NCBI GenBank assembly: GCA_964610875.1
Contig: CAZSWP010000003.1
Span: 88,504-152,503 of the forward strand
Origin: an uncultured archaeon
Lineage (GTDB): Archaea > Asgardarchaeota > Thorarchaeia > Thorarchaeales > Thorarchaeaceae
Direction: 5' to 3'
Length of the DNA stretch: 64,000 bases
Every line of letters begins with the position of its first letter. The first letter of the stretch is position 1. The notes beneath the pieces were generated by a model. That model saw nothing but the letters and a program-made list of their open reading frames with translations. It was not told where the DNA came from and searched no databases. The position numbers and the translations under genes were made by a program. Shown here one piece after another: positions 1 through 8,558 of this stretch.

Positions 1-413
1 TCTACAGGGATTGTTATCAATTCAAGTCCTAAGATTTGTGCGATTCTCTGAAGTGTTACAAGAACTGAATGTTCTTCTCCCAAAGATACAATGATGTTCT
101 TCTTATCTTTCCAGTCCATTCCCAGAACAAATGAGACCACCGCAGACGGAATCGAATTTTGAAACGATATCTGTGAAGTTGATGTGTCTAGATAATTTGC
201 CAGCAATTTTCGAACATCTTCAACTAGAGATCCACCCTTTACAGCAAGATGATGTGCGCCTCTTCTTGCTGATGCTACTGTATTTTTCAGGAATTCAGAT
301 GTTGCATTGATAACAGCTTTTGGAAGAAGTGTTGTACTTGCCGAGTCAAAATATGCTAAGTCCGGTTCTATGTCAAATATTGGAAAATCCTGTTTGACCT
401 CTAGAGTTGTCAT
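1..413 (-). CDS. Class V aminotransferase / cysteine desulfurase (SufS-like), partial; runs off the window start
   Basis: Manual translation from ATG at 413: MTTLEVKQDFPIFDIEPDLAYFDSASTTLLPKAVI...RRGAHHLA, matching the SufS N-terminal DFP / YxDxAxT motifs. Confidence 0.75.
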   Translation of the reverse strand, partial: MTTLEVKQDFPIFDIEPDLAYFDSASTTLLPKAVINATSEFLKNTVASARRGAHHLAVKGGSLVEDVRKLLANYLDTSTSQISFQNSIPSAVVSFVLGMDWKDKKNIIVSLGEEHSVLVTLQRIAQILGLELITIPV

Positions 414-478
414 GATATTACTTGACCAAATGTTAGGGCTTTAATTGTAACGTTGTATTCTATGGATTGTAAAGAAAA

Positions 479-1501
479 ATGAATCTGAATGAAGGATATT
501 TCATCATTACAACAGAGGATCTGATATTTGAAGTAAAAGGGAACCTCCATCCCAAGAATCGTACAATTGCATATCTTCGATATGCAATAGAAAAGAATGG
601 TGAAAGAGAGTCTGGAACAGAAATTAGGTATAAGAAAATCTATCCTTTATCAGAACGAGAAACGTATTTGAAAAAATACTATCCAAAGTATATCTGGTAT
701 GACCCAAATCGAAAGCGTACTTTTCAATCAATTAATGATAAAGATATAAAAATCGTAATAGACCCGGTCGACTTCTTATCAAGTCTGAGAGATAGAGGAA
801 GTCATATTTTGCTATTACAAGAACAAGCCCTTGAATTGGCAGATACTCTTTCTAAGTGTGCGAGTATCGATATCTCTTGTTTTGGGATTACTGGCTCATT
901 GCTTTTAGGGTTGGAGAAAGAAACATCTGATATTGATCTTGTCGTATATGGAGAGGATGAGAGTTTCAAGCTGTATAGTTATCTCCAACAGCACTTTGAT
1001 GATATTGATGGTATATCGCGGTATTCAGGAAATTTGCTTGAGAAACATGCCATATTTCGTTGGGGACCTGAAAAAGGACTGATGAAAGAGTATCAGGCTA
1101 TCGAGGCAAGGAAAAATCTACAAGGCCTCTTTAGAGATTATGAATTCTTCATTCGTTTAACAAAGCCTTATTGTTCAAATAGTCCACAGTACGAGGATTA
1201 CAAGATTATAGACAAAGGCAAGATAATGCTTACTGCTTATGTACTAGATGATATTCACAGGATATTTACACCCTGTGAATACTATGTGAAGTGTGAAGAA
1301 AATCGGTATTTGAAGAAAATCATTAGCTATAGAGGAAGATTCACCGAACAGGTAAGTAAAGGGGACACTATTGTAGTATGTGGGAGATTAGAAGAGGTTT
1401 CTGTGAAATCTCAAAATCTATTTTATCACCAGATTGTTGTTGGAGATTGTGACGATATATTGTTAGAATTTTCAGATTATGAAAGAGTCAAAGGAACTTG
1501 A
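479..1501 (+). CDS. Predicted nucleotidyltransferase (archaeal COG1665-like)
   Basis: GITGSLLLG..SDIDLVVYG NTase motif; N-terminal FEVKG..HP and C-terminal SYRGRF motifs. Confidence 0.75.
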   Translation: MNLNEGYFIITTEDLIFEVKGNLHPKNRTIAYLRYAIEKNGERESGTEIRYKKIYPLSERETYLKKYYPKYIWYDPNRKRTFQSINDKDIKIVIDPVDFLSSLRDRGSHILLLQEQALELADTLSKCASIDISCFGITGSLLLGLEKETSDIDLVVYGEDESFKLYSYLQQHFDDIDGISRYSGNLLEKHAIFRWGPEKGLMKEYQAIEARKNLQGLFRDYEFFIRLTKPYCSNSPQYEDYKIIDKGKIMLTAYVLDDIHRIFTPCEYYVKCEENRYLKKIISYRGRFTEQVSKGDTIVVCGRLEEVSVKSQNLFYHQIVVGDCDDILLEFSDYERVKGT

Positions 1502-1658
1502 TTAGGTGTGTTTTCCTATTCACTCTATATACAGCTTTCACAAACATGAGTTGTGAATGGCGCCAATATTGCGAATAATCATGATGAAAATTGGCTTATA
1601 ATGGCTCTATTTATCCAAAACAGGTATTATAATTGCTATTACATATGTGAACAAAGAC

Positions 1659-1679
1659 ACCCCTTCGTTTCCAGTGGAG
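1659..1679 (-). promoter_or_regulatory. ORB (origin recognition box)
   Basis: Reverse complement CTCCACTGGAAACGAAGGGGT fits the archaeal ORB consensus (TCCAxTGGAAA..GGGG), in an AT-rich intergenic region. Confidence 0.7.
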
Positions 1680-1972
1680 ATAGGATTGAAGACTTATCGC
1701 ATTCCTTTTCACCTGTTCACAAAGCATATAGTTTAGTGAATGTTGAAGTAAATGGAAATGAAATCTTATTTTGGATAATAAAGTGTAATAGATATTATTT
1801 GAAAAAATAAAGTTCTTATAGTCCTTAATTGATGATTTTAAAGCTCTTGTTTCGTTTCATACTGTTTCAACGTGCTATCTCACTCTTATCTGGATATATG
1901 TGATTCACATACTCACACTTATTTGTGAAATAAAGCTATATTTTTGTGAATAGTGAACGGTGGGCGAATAGA

Positions 1973-2599
1973 ATGCCTCAATCAAAAAAGACCAATTATG
2001 TGTATGAGTTTACCTACAATTCGGGACCAGGTATGAAAGAGGTATTCCAATGTAAGTATGTAACTCCTGAAGAAGCATTGACACGCTTCAAAAGAATTCT
2101 TGCTCTTACAGAGTCACCTTTTGACTTCAAGATTCTTCTTATGGATGAATCCACAGGAGAAGAATCAAGCTTCCAAGTCAAGGGTGATATTTCTGAGATG
2201 TTCGATAAGTTCCAGGTATTTCTTGAAACAAGCACAGGTTATCAGTTCACAGAACGGATTGTAGAAGGTACTGAGATAAATTATGAAGAAATAGATTTGG
2301 AAGCAATGAGTAACTACGAAAAGATGCAATCAATCATTTATGCTTCGTTCAAACATGGAAAATTCTCATCCCTTGATGTAACTGAAATCTATGAGTCGAC
2401 ATTCAATGAGGATTTACCAAAGAGTACTGCTTCTACATATCTAGCACGGATGTGGGATGACAATAAAGGCCATCTTGAAAGATTTGGAAAACGTTCTGGA
2501 TATACATATCGATTGAAGACCGAGCTCGAAGAGGTCCACAGGGAGATAGAAAGAGCAGAAGAAGTCCTTGCGTCCATCCAGCTACGAGTAGGAAAATAG
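1973..2599 (+). CDS. Hypothetical protein with C-terminal winged-helix domain
   Basis: FSSLDVTEIYE...KSTASTYLARM...LERFG...YTYRL wHTH pattern; ATG at 1973 preferred over GTG at 1946. Confidence 0.6.
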   Translation: MPQSKKTNYVYEFTYNSGPGMKEVFQCKYVTPEEALTRFKRILALTESPFDFKILLMDESTGEESSFQVKGDISEMFDKFQVFLETSTGYQFTERIVEGTEINYEEIDLEAMSNYEKMQSIIYASFKHGKFSSLDVTEIYESTFNEDLPKSTASTYLARMWDDNKGHLERFGKRSGYTYRLKTELEEVHREIERAEEVLASIQLRVGK

Positions 2600-2633
2600 C
2601 AGATGTCTGCAAAGTCTTCTTTTCAATCCGACT

Positions 2634-3953
2634 TTAGGATAACAGGATTTTCTTTTCCTTTAGACTGATTCCTAATGACTCTAGTTCCTTGAGTATGGGT
2701 TCATAGATGTCTGACGTTATTGGACGGTGTACACCAGTTACAGTGATTTCGCCTTCCAGAATCATATGGCTTGCTATTGCCACTGGTAAGGCAACTGTTC
2801 TTGACATTGAACTGTCACCATTTGGAATGCCATAATCAATCATCGTTGACGTGATTTTTTCCTTTCGGTCTGGAAACTCAGCTATGAACTCATGATGCAT
2901 GACAATCATATCACGTTCGCTAGGAGCATACTGGAGTTTCTCTTCGAAAAGAAGACAAAGTGCATCTAAATAGGTTGTAGTATCCTGAGGGATTTTCTCA
3001 TCACTGAACAATCCAAGCCATTCCAATCTTGATATTACAGAATCAGAAGTAGCAATCTCAAGGTGGTTTGCGATTGCTTCTTTGATATCTTCTTTGTCTG
3101 TGGGGACGAGTCTTCTCATCATTTCAGCATATGTAAGATCTGATAGATTATGTTCATCCAGACTCAAGAGACCTAGATCAGCTATTTTCTTTAGAGTCCT
3201 ACACCAGCCGATATTTCTAAAGGTACCTCTGAGCATGGTATTAGTTTCTTGAATATCATAGATATTAATGTACGATAAACTATCACGATTGGGATACCCT
3301 TCAAATTCTCCCATGCTTGGCACGGTCATTTTCTCACAGTTATCGAATAACTCTGGTCCAGGAATGGTTACTTTCTGTCCATCACGCAAGAAATGAGCGT
3401 CGTTGCGGCCTGCAAGTAGTACGCCACGTGGACTCCAAGAGAGCTTGTAGCCAAATGGATTATCATTTGCTTCAGGTGCTGGAAGACCTCCAGTGAATGA
3501 TGTGAATCTTACAATATTTCCTCCTTCATCGTGCACCTCATCAATTATTTTCATAGCACTCATGTGATCAATGCCGGGATCTACTCCACATTCATTTAGG
3601 AGGAGGACATTAGCTTCTTTTGCTTTCTTATCGAGTGCTTGCATCTCATCTGAGATGTATGATGTTGTACAGAAGTGTTTCTTATGTTTTATTGCAACCT
3701 TTGCTGCTTTCACATGGAAAGTATATGGGAGGAGAGAACATACAAGGTCTGTTTCTGCAGTCAATTCTTCTAGTAATTCGTCATCTTTAGCTATATTGAA
3801 AGTAACTGCTTTGGCGTTCTCACATCCTTGGATCAATCGTTCGGCTTTTTCTTTAGTTCTGCTAGCTACAGTCACATGATATCCTTGTTTGCAGAGGTAT
3901 TGTACATACGGTCGTGCCACAAGCCCAGCACCAAGACAGAGTATTCGTTTCAT
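2634..3953 (-). CDS. Saccharopine dehydrogenase (SDH / Lys9-like)
   Basis: LGAGLVA Rossmann motif; ECGVDPGIDHM, GGLPAPE..NPFGYKLSWSPRG and YPNRDS motifs. Confidence 0.92.
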   Translation of the reverse strand: MKRILCLGAGLVARPYVQYLCKQGYHVTVASRTKEKAERLIQGCENAKAVTFNIAKDDELLEELTAETDLVCSLLPYTFHVKAAKVAIKHKKHFCTTSYISDEMQALDKKAKEANVLLLNECGVDPGIDHMSAMKIIDEVHDEGGNIVRFTSFTGGLPAPEANDNPFGYKLSWSPRGVLLAGRNDAHFLRDGQKVTIPGPELFDNCEKMTVPSMGEFEGYPNRDSLSYINIYDIQETNTMLRGTFRNIGWCRTLKKIADLGLLSLDEHNLSDLTYAEMMRRLVPTDKEDIKEAIANHLEIATSDSVISRLEWLGLFSDEKIPQDTTTYLDALCLLFEEKLQYAPSERDMIVMHHEFIAEFPDRKEKITSTMIDYGIPNGDSSMSRTVALPVAIASHMILEGEITVTGVHRPITSDIYEPILKELESLGISLKEKKILLS

Positions 3954-3963
3954 GATTAATCAC

Positions 3964-5280
3964 CTATTTCAGATATTGCTCTAAATATGCGTAGTTCTTT
4001 GTGAGAGTACCTCGATAGACTATTACAGCATCAAGTAGTTCTCTCGGAAGACTAAGTTCTTCAAAAGGAACTGAGAAGTCTGCCCCTGCTAGGGCAGGAA
4101 TGAAGTCAAGTAAAGTTTCACTAAAGGATGTAGAAGCCTCCCTGGGTAGTTCACAGGGAAGATTATCAACAGCCATAATTACAGGCCCATCACCTTCAAC
4201 TCCAAGAAGGGCTTTATCCTCATCCACAATGTAAGTGAATGATGGTCTGTCTGCATGTGTGCATTGTAATGTGAATTCAATTGCCCCACCTATATCGCAG
4301 GAGATATCACCTATGATTCTAAGTTTTCTTGATTCTTCATGCCAGTGTTTCCGTATGAAATCCTTAGTAATCAACCGAGGAGATTTCTTGGTCCAGTATA
4401 TGCAATTCATTAGGACTGTAAGACTGTGAACATACTTGTGAAAGACGCCCAGGTATTTCTCCGCACCATGTTTGTAGTAATCCTGTAAATCAAATGATGC
4501 ATTTGGGTCGATTGGTTCTACCATATGTTCTTCTTTGAAGACACATTTGTATAGAAGATCATCCTTTGGAGGAAGACTGTTTAGCTGTTCAGGGGTGATT
4601 TCTTCATGGGGGAGAATGTCGAATATTTTCTGAGCCCCACATGATACATTTCCATACCCTGCAAAACCAATAACAAAAGGTGTGAGTTGAGGAGGAAGGC
4701 CTTGGGTTTTAATTCTCTCAGCCAATTTTCTGAACTCTTCCTTCAATTCAGAGAGGTCTTTGCATTCAAGAGTCGAACGCATGCCAGCAAAGGGATTGGG
4801 TTTGATGTCTTCATAATCAAGTCGCTCTCCAAGTGAACGAAGTGTATCTGAAATTCCAGCCATCCCTGCCCAGTTTCCAAAATAAATCAGACGTCTACCT
4901 TTGTCATCAATCACTTTTTCATAATCAATCAGAGTTGCGCCAGTGTCAAGTAATCGTTGCAACATTGACATGTTTTGTTTCTGACCTTTTATGGTGTGAC
5001 TGAAGAAAATATATACCTTATCAGGCTCAAAAAAATCATTTGGCATCTCTTTGATTCCGAGAACTATTGGAACGTTGGATCTTTTGAGGGGAGAAATCTC
5101 CGCTCCAACCTGTATATACTCTTTAGCATCAAAAGCTCGTTGGTTACTTGGTTCTACAACAAATGAAATTCCGTGTTTTTCACCAAGTAGTTTCACGTGT
5201 CCTGGTATTACAGCTACTCGAGTTTCAAATGCTTTTTCTTCCTTTCGCAGGCCTATCAGGTTCAGGATGAATCCCTCCAA
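3964..5280 (-). CDS. Lysine-ketoglutarate reductase (LKR domain of AASS; AlaDH/PNT fold)
   Basis: GIKE, FFSHTIKGQ, LIDYE, GNVSCGAQ, DISCD, AVDNLPCELP motifs. Confidence 0.9.
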   Translation of the reverse strand: MEGFILNLIGLRKEEKAFETRVAVIPGHVKLLGEKHGISFVVEPSNQRAFDAKEYIQVGAEISPLKRSNVPIVLGIKEMPNDFFEPDKVYIFFSHTIKGQKQNMSMLQRLLDTGATLIDYEKVIDDKGRRLIYFGNWAGMAGISDTLRSLGERLDYEDIKPNPFAGMRSTLECKDLSELKEEFRKLAERIKTQGLPPQLTPFVIGFAGYGNVSCGAQKIFDILPHEEITPEQLNSLPPKDDLLYKCVFKEEHMVEPIDPNASFDLQDYYKHGAEKYLGVFHKYVHSLTVLMNCIYWTKKSPRLITKDFIRKHWHEESRKLRIIGDISCDIGGAIEFTLQCTHADRPSFTYIVDEDKALLGVEGDGPVIMAVDNLPCELPREASTSFSETLLDFIPALAGADFSVPFEELSLPRELLDAVIVYRGTLTKNYAYLEQYLK

Positions 5281-5406
5281 TCAAGCTTTACTTGGGAGAT
5301 GAATCGCTTTCGAAAGAAACACACGCTTTAACCTTTCCATCGCGGACGATATTGTATTACACAACATGATATTGAGAACATGTGTTCCATATTTCGAGGA
5401 ACCAGA

Positions 5407-5700
5407 ATGGTACATCTATTATACCTCTATGATTGTGTTAATTCTAGAAAGAGCAACGCTAGAAGAGTATCTTTTACAAAAGAGCTCTATGGTTTTACAT
5501 ATTCTTGGAAAACGAAGTCAGGACCTAAAGAGAGAAAGAAGAGTGGCTTGATTGATGTGTGCGTTGGTGCAACAGCTGTTAGTGACTCAGCTATTTTAGT
5601 TCCGGAGGAATATAGAGGTCTCTTTGATCAACTATTCAATGCATATCGTGACATTCTGAACATCCGCATTTTTGAGATAAACCAAGAATTGGAATTATAA
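5407..5700 (+). CDS. Small hypothetical protein, possibly Cas2/VapD/PaaX-like ferredoxin fold
   Basis: MVHLLYLYD start resembles the Cas2 hhhhYD strand; ...FTKELYG...SAILVP pattern; fold assignment is inference. Confidence 0.45.
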   Translation: MVHLLYLYDCVNSRKSNARRVSFTKELYGFTYSWKTKSGPKERKKSGLIDVCVGATAVSDSAILVPEEYRGLFDQLFNAYRDILNIRIFEINQELEL

Positions 5701-5925
5701 GAACACGTGTTCCAACAACCTGCAAACCCCTTCATTTCCTGTCGAAAATAAAATCTTCTAAAAAACTATAAAGAACAAAAGTATAAATATAGGTTTGCCG
5801 AACTACATTTATCTCCATTTTACTAACATACATACTTACACACTTTTCTACTCCATTCTACTAATTTCCAGTGGAAGCAGAGGGGTATATTGGCTGGGTC
5901 ATACACACTGGAACACGTGCTCCAA
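5701..5925. promoter_or_regulatory. Probable replication origin (oriC): inverted ORBs flanking an AT-rich unwinding element
   Basis: ORB on minus strand at 5726-5746 (TTCGACAGGAAATGAAGGGGT) and ORB on plus strand at 5866-5886 (TTCCAGTGGAAGCAGAGGGGT); A/T-rich tract between them; 5801-5870 has no G on the top strand. Confidence 0.7.
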
Positions 5926-6013
5926 AACTTGCATGATGGTTCAAACCACAACACTGATACTATGTTTAGTTTTCCGATGATTCGCCCAAAGAGGAAAATC
6001 GGAGGATCTTGCG

Positions 6014-7903
6014 ATGACGAAACCAAAGGAGCTTCTTGAAGACGCGCCTGAAAAAACTGTTCTTTTACTGGCTAATGAAGCAATTGCACGTGGGGTACTT
6101 GAAGCAGGAGTACGATTAGTTGCTTTATATCCTGGCACACCAAGCAGCGAAATCGGTAATAATCTTACATTTATGGCACCTGAAATACCTAATTTTTACT
6201 TTGAATTTAGCACAAATGAGAAAGTTGCCTTAGAAGTTGCAGGTGCAGCTGCTGTTGCTGGTGTTCGTTCAATGATGGTATGTAAAGGCCCAGGACTGAA
6301 TGTTGCAGCAGATCCTTTCTTCTCATTAGCCTATGTTGGGGTACGAGCTGGCATGGTGATAGTGGTTGCAGATGACCCTAGCATGTGGAGTTCGCAGAAC
6401 GAGAATGATAGCCGTTACTATGCACTCATGGGAAATATGCCAATGATTGAACCTGCGGATCCTGCTGAAGCTAAGTCAATGCTGCTTGAAGCATACAAGA
6501 TATCTGAGAAACTTCAGCTTCCAGTATTATTCAGAACTACAACAAGAGTGAATCATACCAGAGCTCCTGTAACCTTTGGTCCTATACGTGCACGCCCAGA
6601 GAAAATAGAATTTGAAAAAGACCCATTCAGATTTGTCCCTGTTCCGGCTGTGGCAAGAAAAAGACATCCATGGTTGTTACAACAGATTGAACTTGCCAAG
6701 GAGATATCTGAAAAGACTTCACTGAACTTTATCGAAGGTGAAGGCGAGCTTGGAATCATCACCAGTGGTGTATCATATAACTATGTCAAAGAAGCATTTG
6801 ATACAATGGGAATCAATGCAGAAGTGATGAAGTTAGGGATGACCCATCCCGTTCCAGAACACAAAATCATGGAATTCCTCAGAAGTCATAATCGAGTTTT
6901 AGTTGTTGAAGAACTAGAACCGTTCCTAGAAACACATGCTAGAAGAATTGCTCAACTGCATGATATCAAAGTGGAGATCTTAGGGAAAGAACAAGGGTAT
7001 TTTGAGCGAACCTATGAGTACAGTCCACGTATCGTCATGCAAGCTTTGGAGTCTATTACTGGTAATACAAGTATTAATTGGAATGAGATTGAGGAACTTG
7101 CTGGAACAATTCCAGAGATTCCGCCACGACCTCCATTACTTTGTGCAGGTTGTCCACATAGAGCTAGTTACTTTGCAATTAGAACTGCTACTCGTGGAAA
7201 GGCTATCTATCCATCAGATATTGGTTGCTATACTTTGAGCATTGCACCTCCTCTTGAAACAGCTGACATCTTGTTTGATATGGGATCATCCATAACCACG
7301 GCATGTGGTCTTGCACAAGTGACTGATCAAGACATTGTTGCAACAATCGGTGATAGCACATTTTTCGCATCAGGTCTTCCTGGTATTGTTGATGCTGTCT
7401 ATAACCATCACCCGATAGCATTAGTTGTCTTGGACAATCGTACAACAGCAATGACAGGGCATCAACCACACCCAGGTACTGGAGTTACTGGAATGCAAGA
7501 AAAAGTTGAACCACTCGACATTGAAGAAGTATGTAGAGGGCTGGGTGTAAAGTATGCAAAAACTATTGATCCCTTTGAATCTGTAGCTGATCTTGTCAAA
7601 GAAGTAAGAGAGATGGTGGCTTGGTCACGTGAGAACAAAGCTCCATCAGTATTAGTATCTAAAGCTCCATGTGCACTTCTCACAGCTGCTGATAGAAGAA
7701 GAAGTGGAGAATACCCACCAAAGTATTACGTCGATTCTGAAATATGCAACTCATGTAAGAGATGTTTGAACCGACTTTCTTGTCCAGCAATGTATCTTGA
7801 TCCTGAAACTGACAAAGCAGTAATTGACGAAGCATTATGTAATCTCTGTGGTACGTGTGTTTCGGTATGCCCCCAGGGGGCTATTAAACAGGAGGAGAAA
7901 TAG
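6014..7903 (+). CDS. iorA: Indolepyruvate:ferredoxin oxidoreductase alpha subunit
   Basis: YPGTPSSE, NEKVALE, DDPS..SSQNE.D, LCAGCPHR, SDIGCY, GDSTF and C-terminal 2x[4Fe-4S] ferredoxin. Confidence 0.95.
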   Translation: MTKPKELLEDAPEKTVLLLANEAIARGVLEAGVRLVALYPGTPSSEIGNNLTFMAPEIPNFYFEFSTNEKVALEVAGAAAVAGVRSMMVCKGPGLNVAADPFFSLAYVGVRAGMVIVVADDPSMWSSQNENDSRYYALMGNMPMIEPADPAEAKSMLLEAYKISEKLQLPVLFRTTTRVNHTRAPVTFGPIRARPEKIEFEKDPFRFVPVPAVARKRHPWLLQQIELAKEISEKTSLNFIEGEGELGIITSGVSYNYVKEAFDTMGINAEVMKLGMTHPVPEHKIMEFLRSHNRVLVVEELEPFLETHARRIAQLHDIKVEILGKEQGYFERTYEYSPRIVMQALESITGNTSINWNEIEELAGTIPEIPPRPPLLCAGCPHRASYFAIRTATRGKAIYPSDIGCYTLSIAPPLETADILFDMGSSITTACGLAQVTDQDIVATIGDSTFFASGLPGIVDAVYNHHPIALVVLDNRTTAMTGHQPHPGTGVTGMQEKVEPLDIEEVCRGLGVKYAKTIDPFESVADLVKEVREMVAWSRENKAPSVLVSKAPCALLTAADRRRSGEYPPKYYVDSEICNSCKRCLNRLSCPAMYLDPETDKAVIDEALCNLCGTCVSVCPQGAIKQEEK

Positions 7904-7904
7904 A

Positions 7905-8534
7905 ATGTCTAGTAATACAGGTAATACGAGCAATTTGGTCAGCGTTGCAATATCAGGTGTTGGTGGCCAAGGAGTCCTAACTCTTGCAGAGGTACTAGCC
8001 AAAGCCGCATTGAGAAACTCCCACAATGTTCGTGTTGGTGAGATTCATGGAATGGCACAACGTGGTGGGCATGTAATATGCACTGTCAGAATAGGTCCTG
8101 GTGCAAAAGGACCGATTGTAGATAATGGCACAGCTGACATAATGGTTGGATTTGAACCTGCTGAAACTCTAAGAGAAATCCAGCTTGTGAAAAAGGATGG
8201 ACATGTTTTGATGAATACCCATATCATGTATCCAGTAGCTGTTTCCATGGGGAAAGCTGAGTATCCAGAACACAAAGAGATCCTAGAAAATATGAAGAAA
8301 TTCAGCAAGAACATAATTGAATTTGATGCCTTTCAACTAGCAAAGGAATCAGGTGATACTCGGGCAATGAACATGGTCATGCTCGGAGCTATAATTGGTA
8401 CTGGTATCACACCAATAAGTGAAGAAGCCGCAATTGAATCAGTCCGGACATCATTTCCTGGTAGGTTCGAAGAAATTAACATCAAAGCTTTCAAGCTTGG
8501 TCTAGAGAAAGTGAAACGTTTATTAAAATCATAG
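7905..8534 (+). CDS. iorB: Indolepyruvate:ferredoxin oxidoreductase beta subunit
   Basis: GVGGQG, EIHGMAQRGG, NMVMLG motifs; ATG at 7905 after GGAGG, directly after iorA. Confidence 0.93.
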   Translation: MSSNTGNTSNLVSVAISGVGGQGVLTLAEVLAKAALRNSHNVRVGEIHGMAQRGGHVICTVRIGPGAKGPIVDNGTADIMVGFEPAETLREIQLVKKDGHVLMNTHIMYPVAVSMGKAEYPEHKEILENMKKFSKNIIEFDAFQLAKESGDTRAMNMVMLGAIIGTGITPISEEAAIESVRTSFPGRFEEINIKAFKLGLEKVKRLLKS

Positions 8535-8558
8535 TTATTACTTGTAATACAAATATTA

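Noticed and set aside
1553-1810. 85-aa ORF, and the similar short ORFs at 5795-6026
   Set aside because: They overlap ORB-containing AT-rich intergenic DNA and show no protein-like features.
5407-5700. CRISPR-Cas locus based on the Cas2-like start of the small ORF
   Set aside because: No cas1, other cas genes or array were seen in the window.
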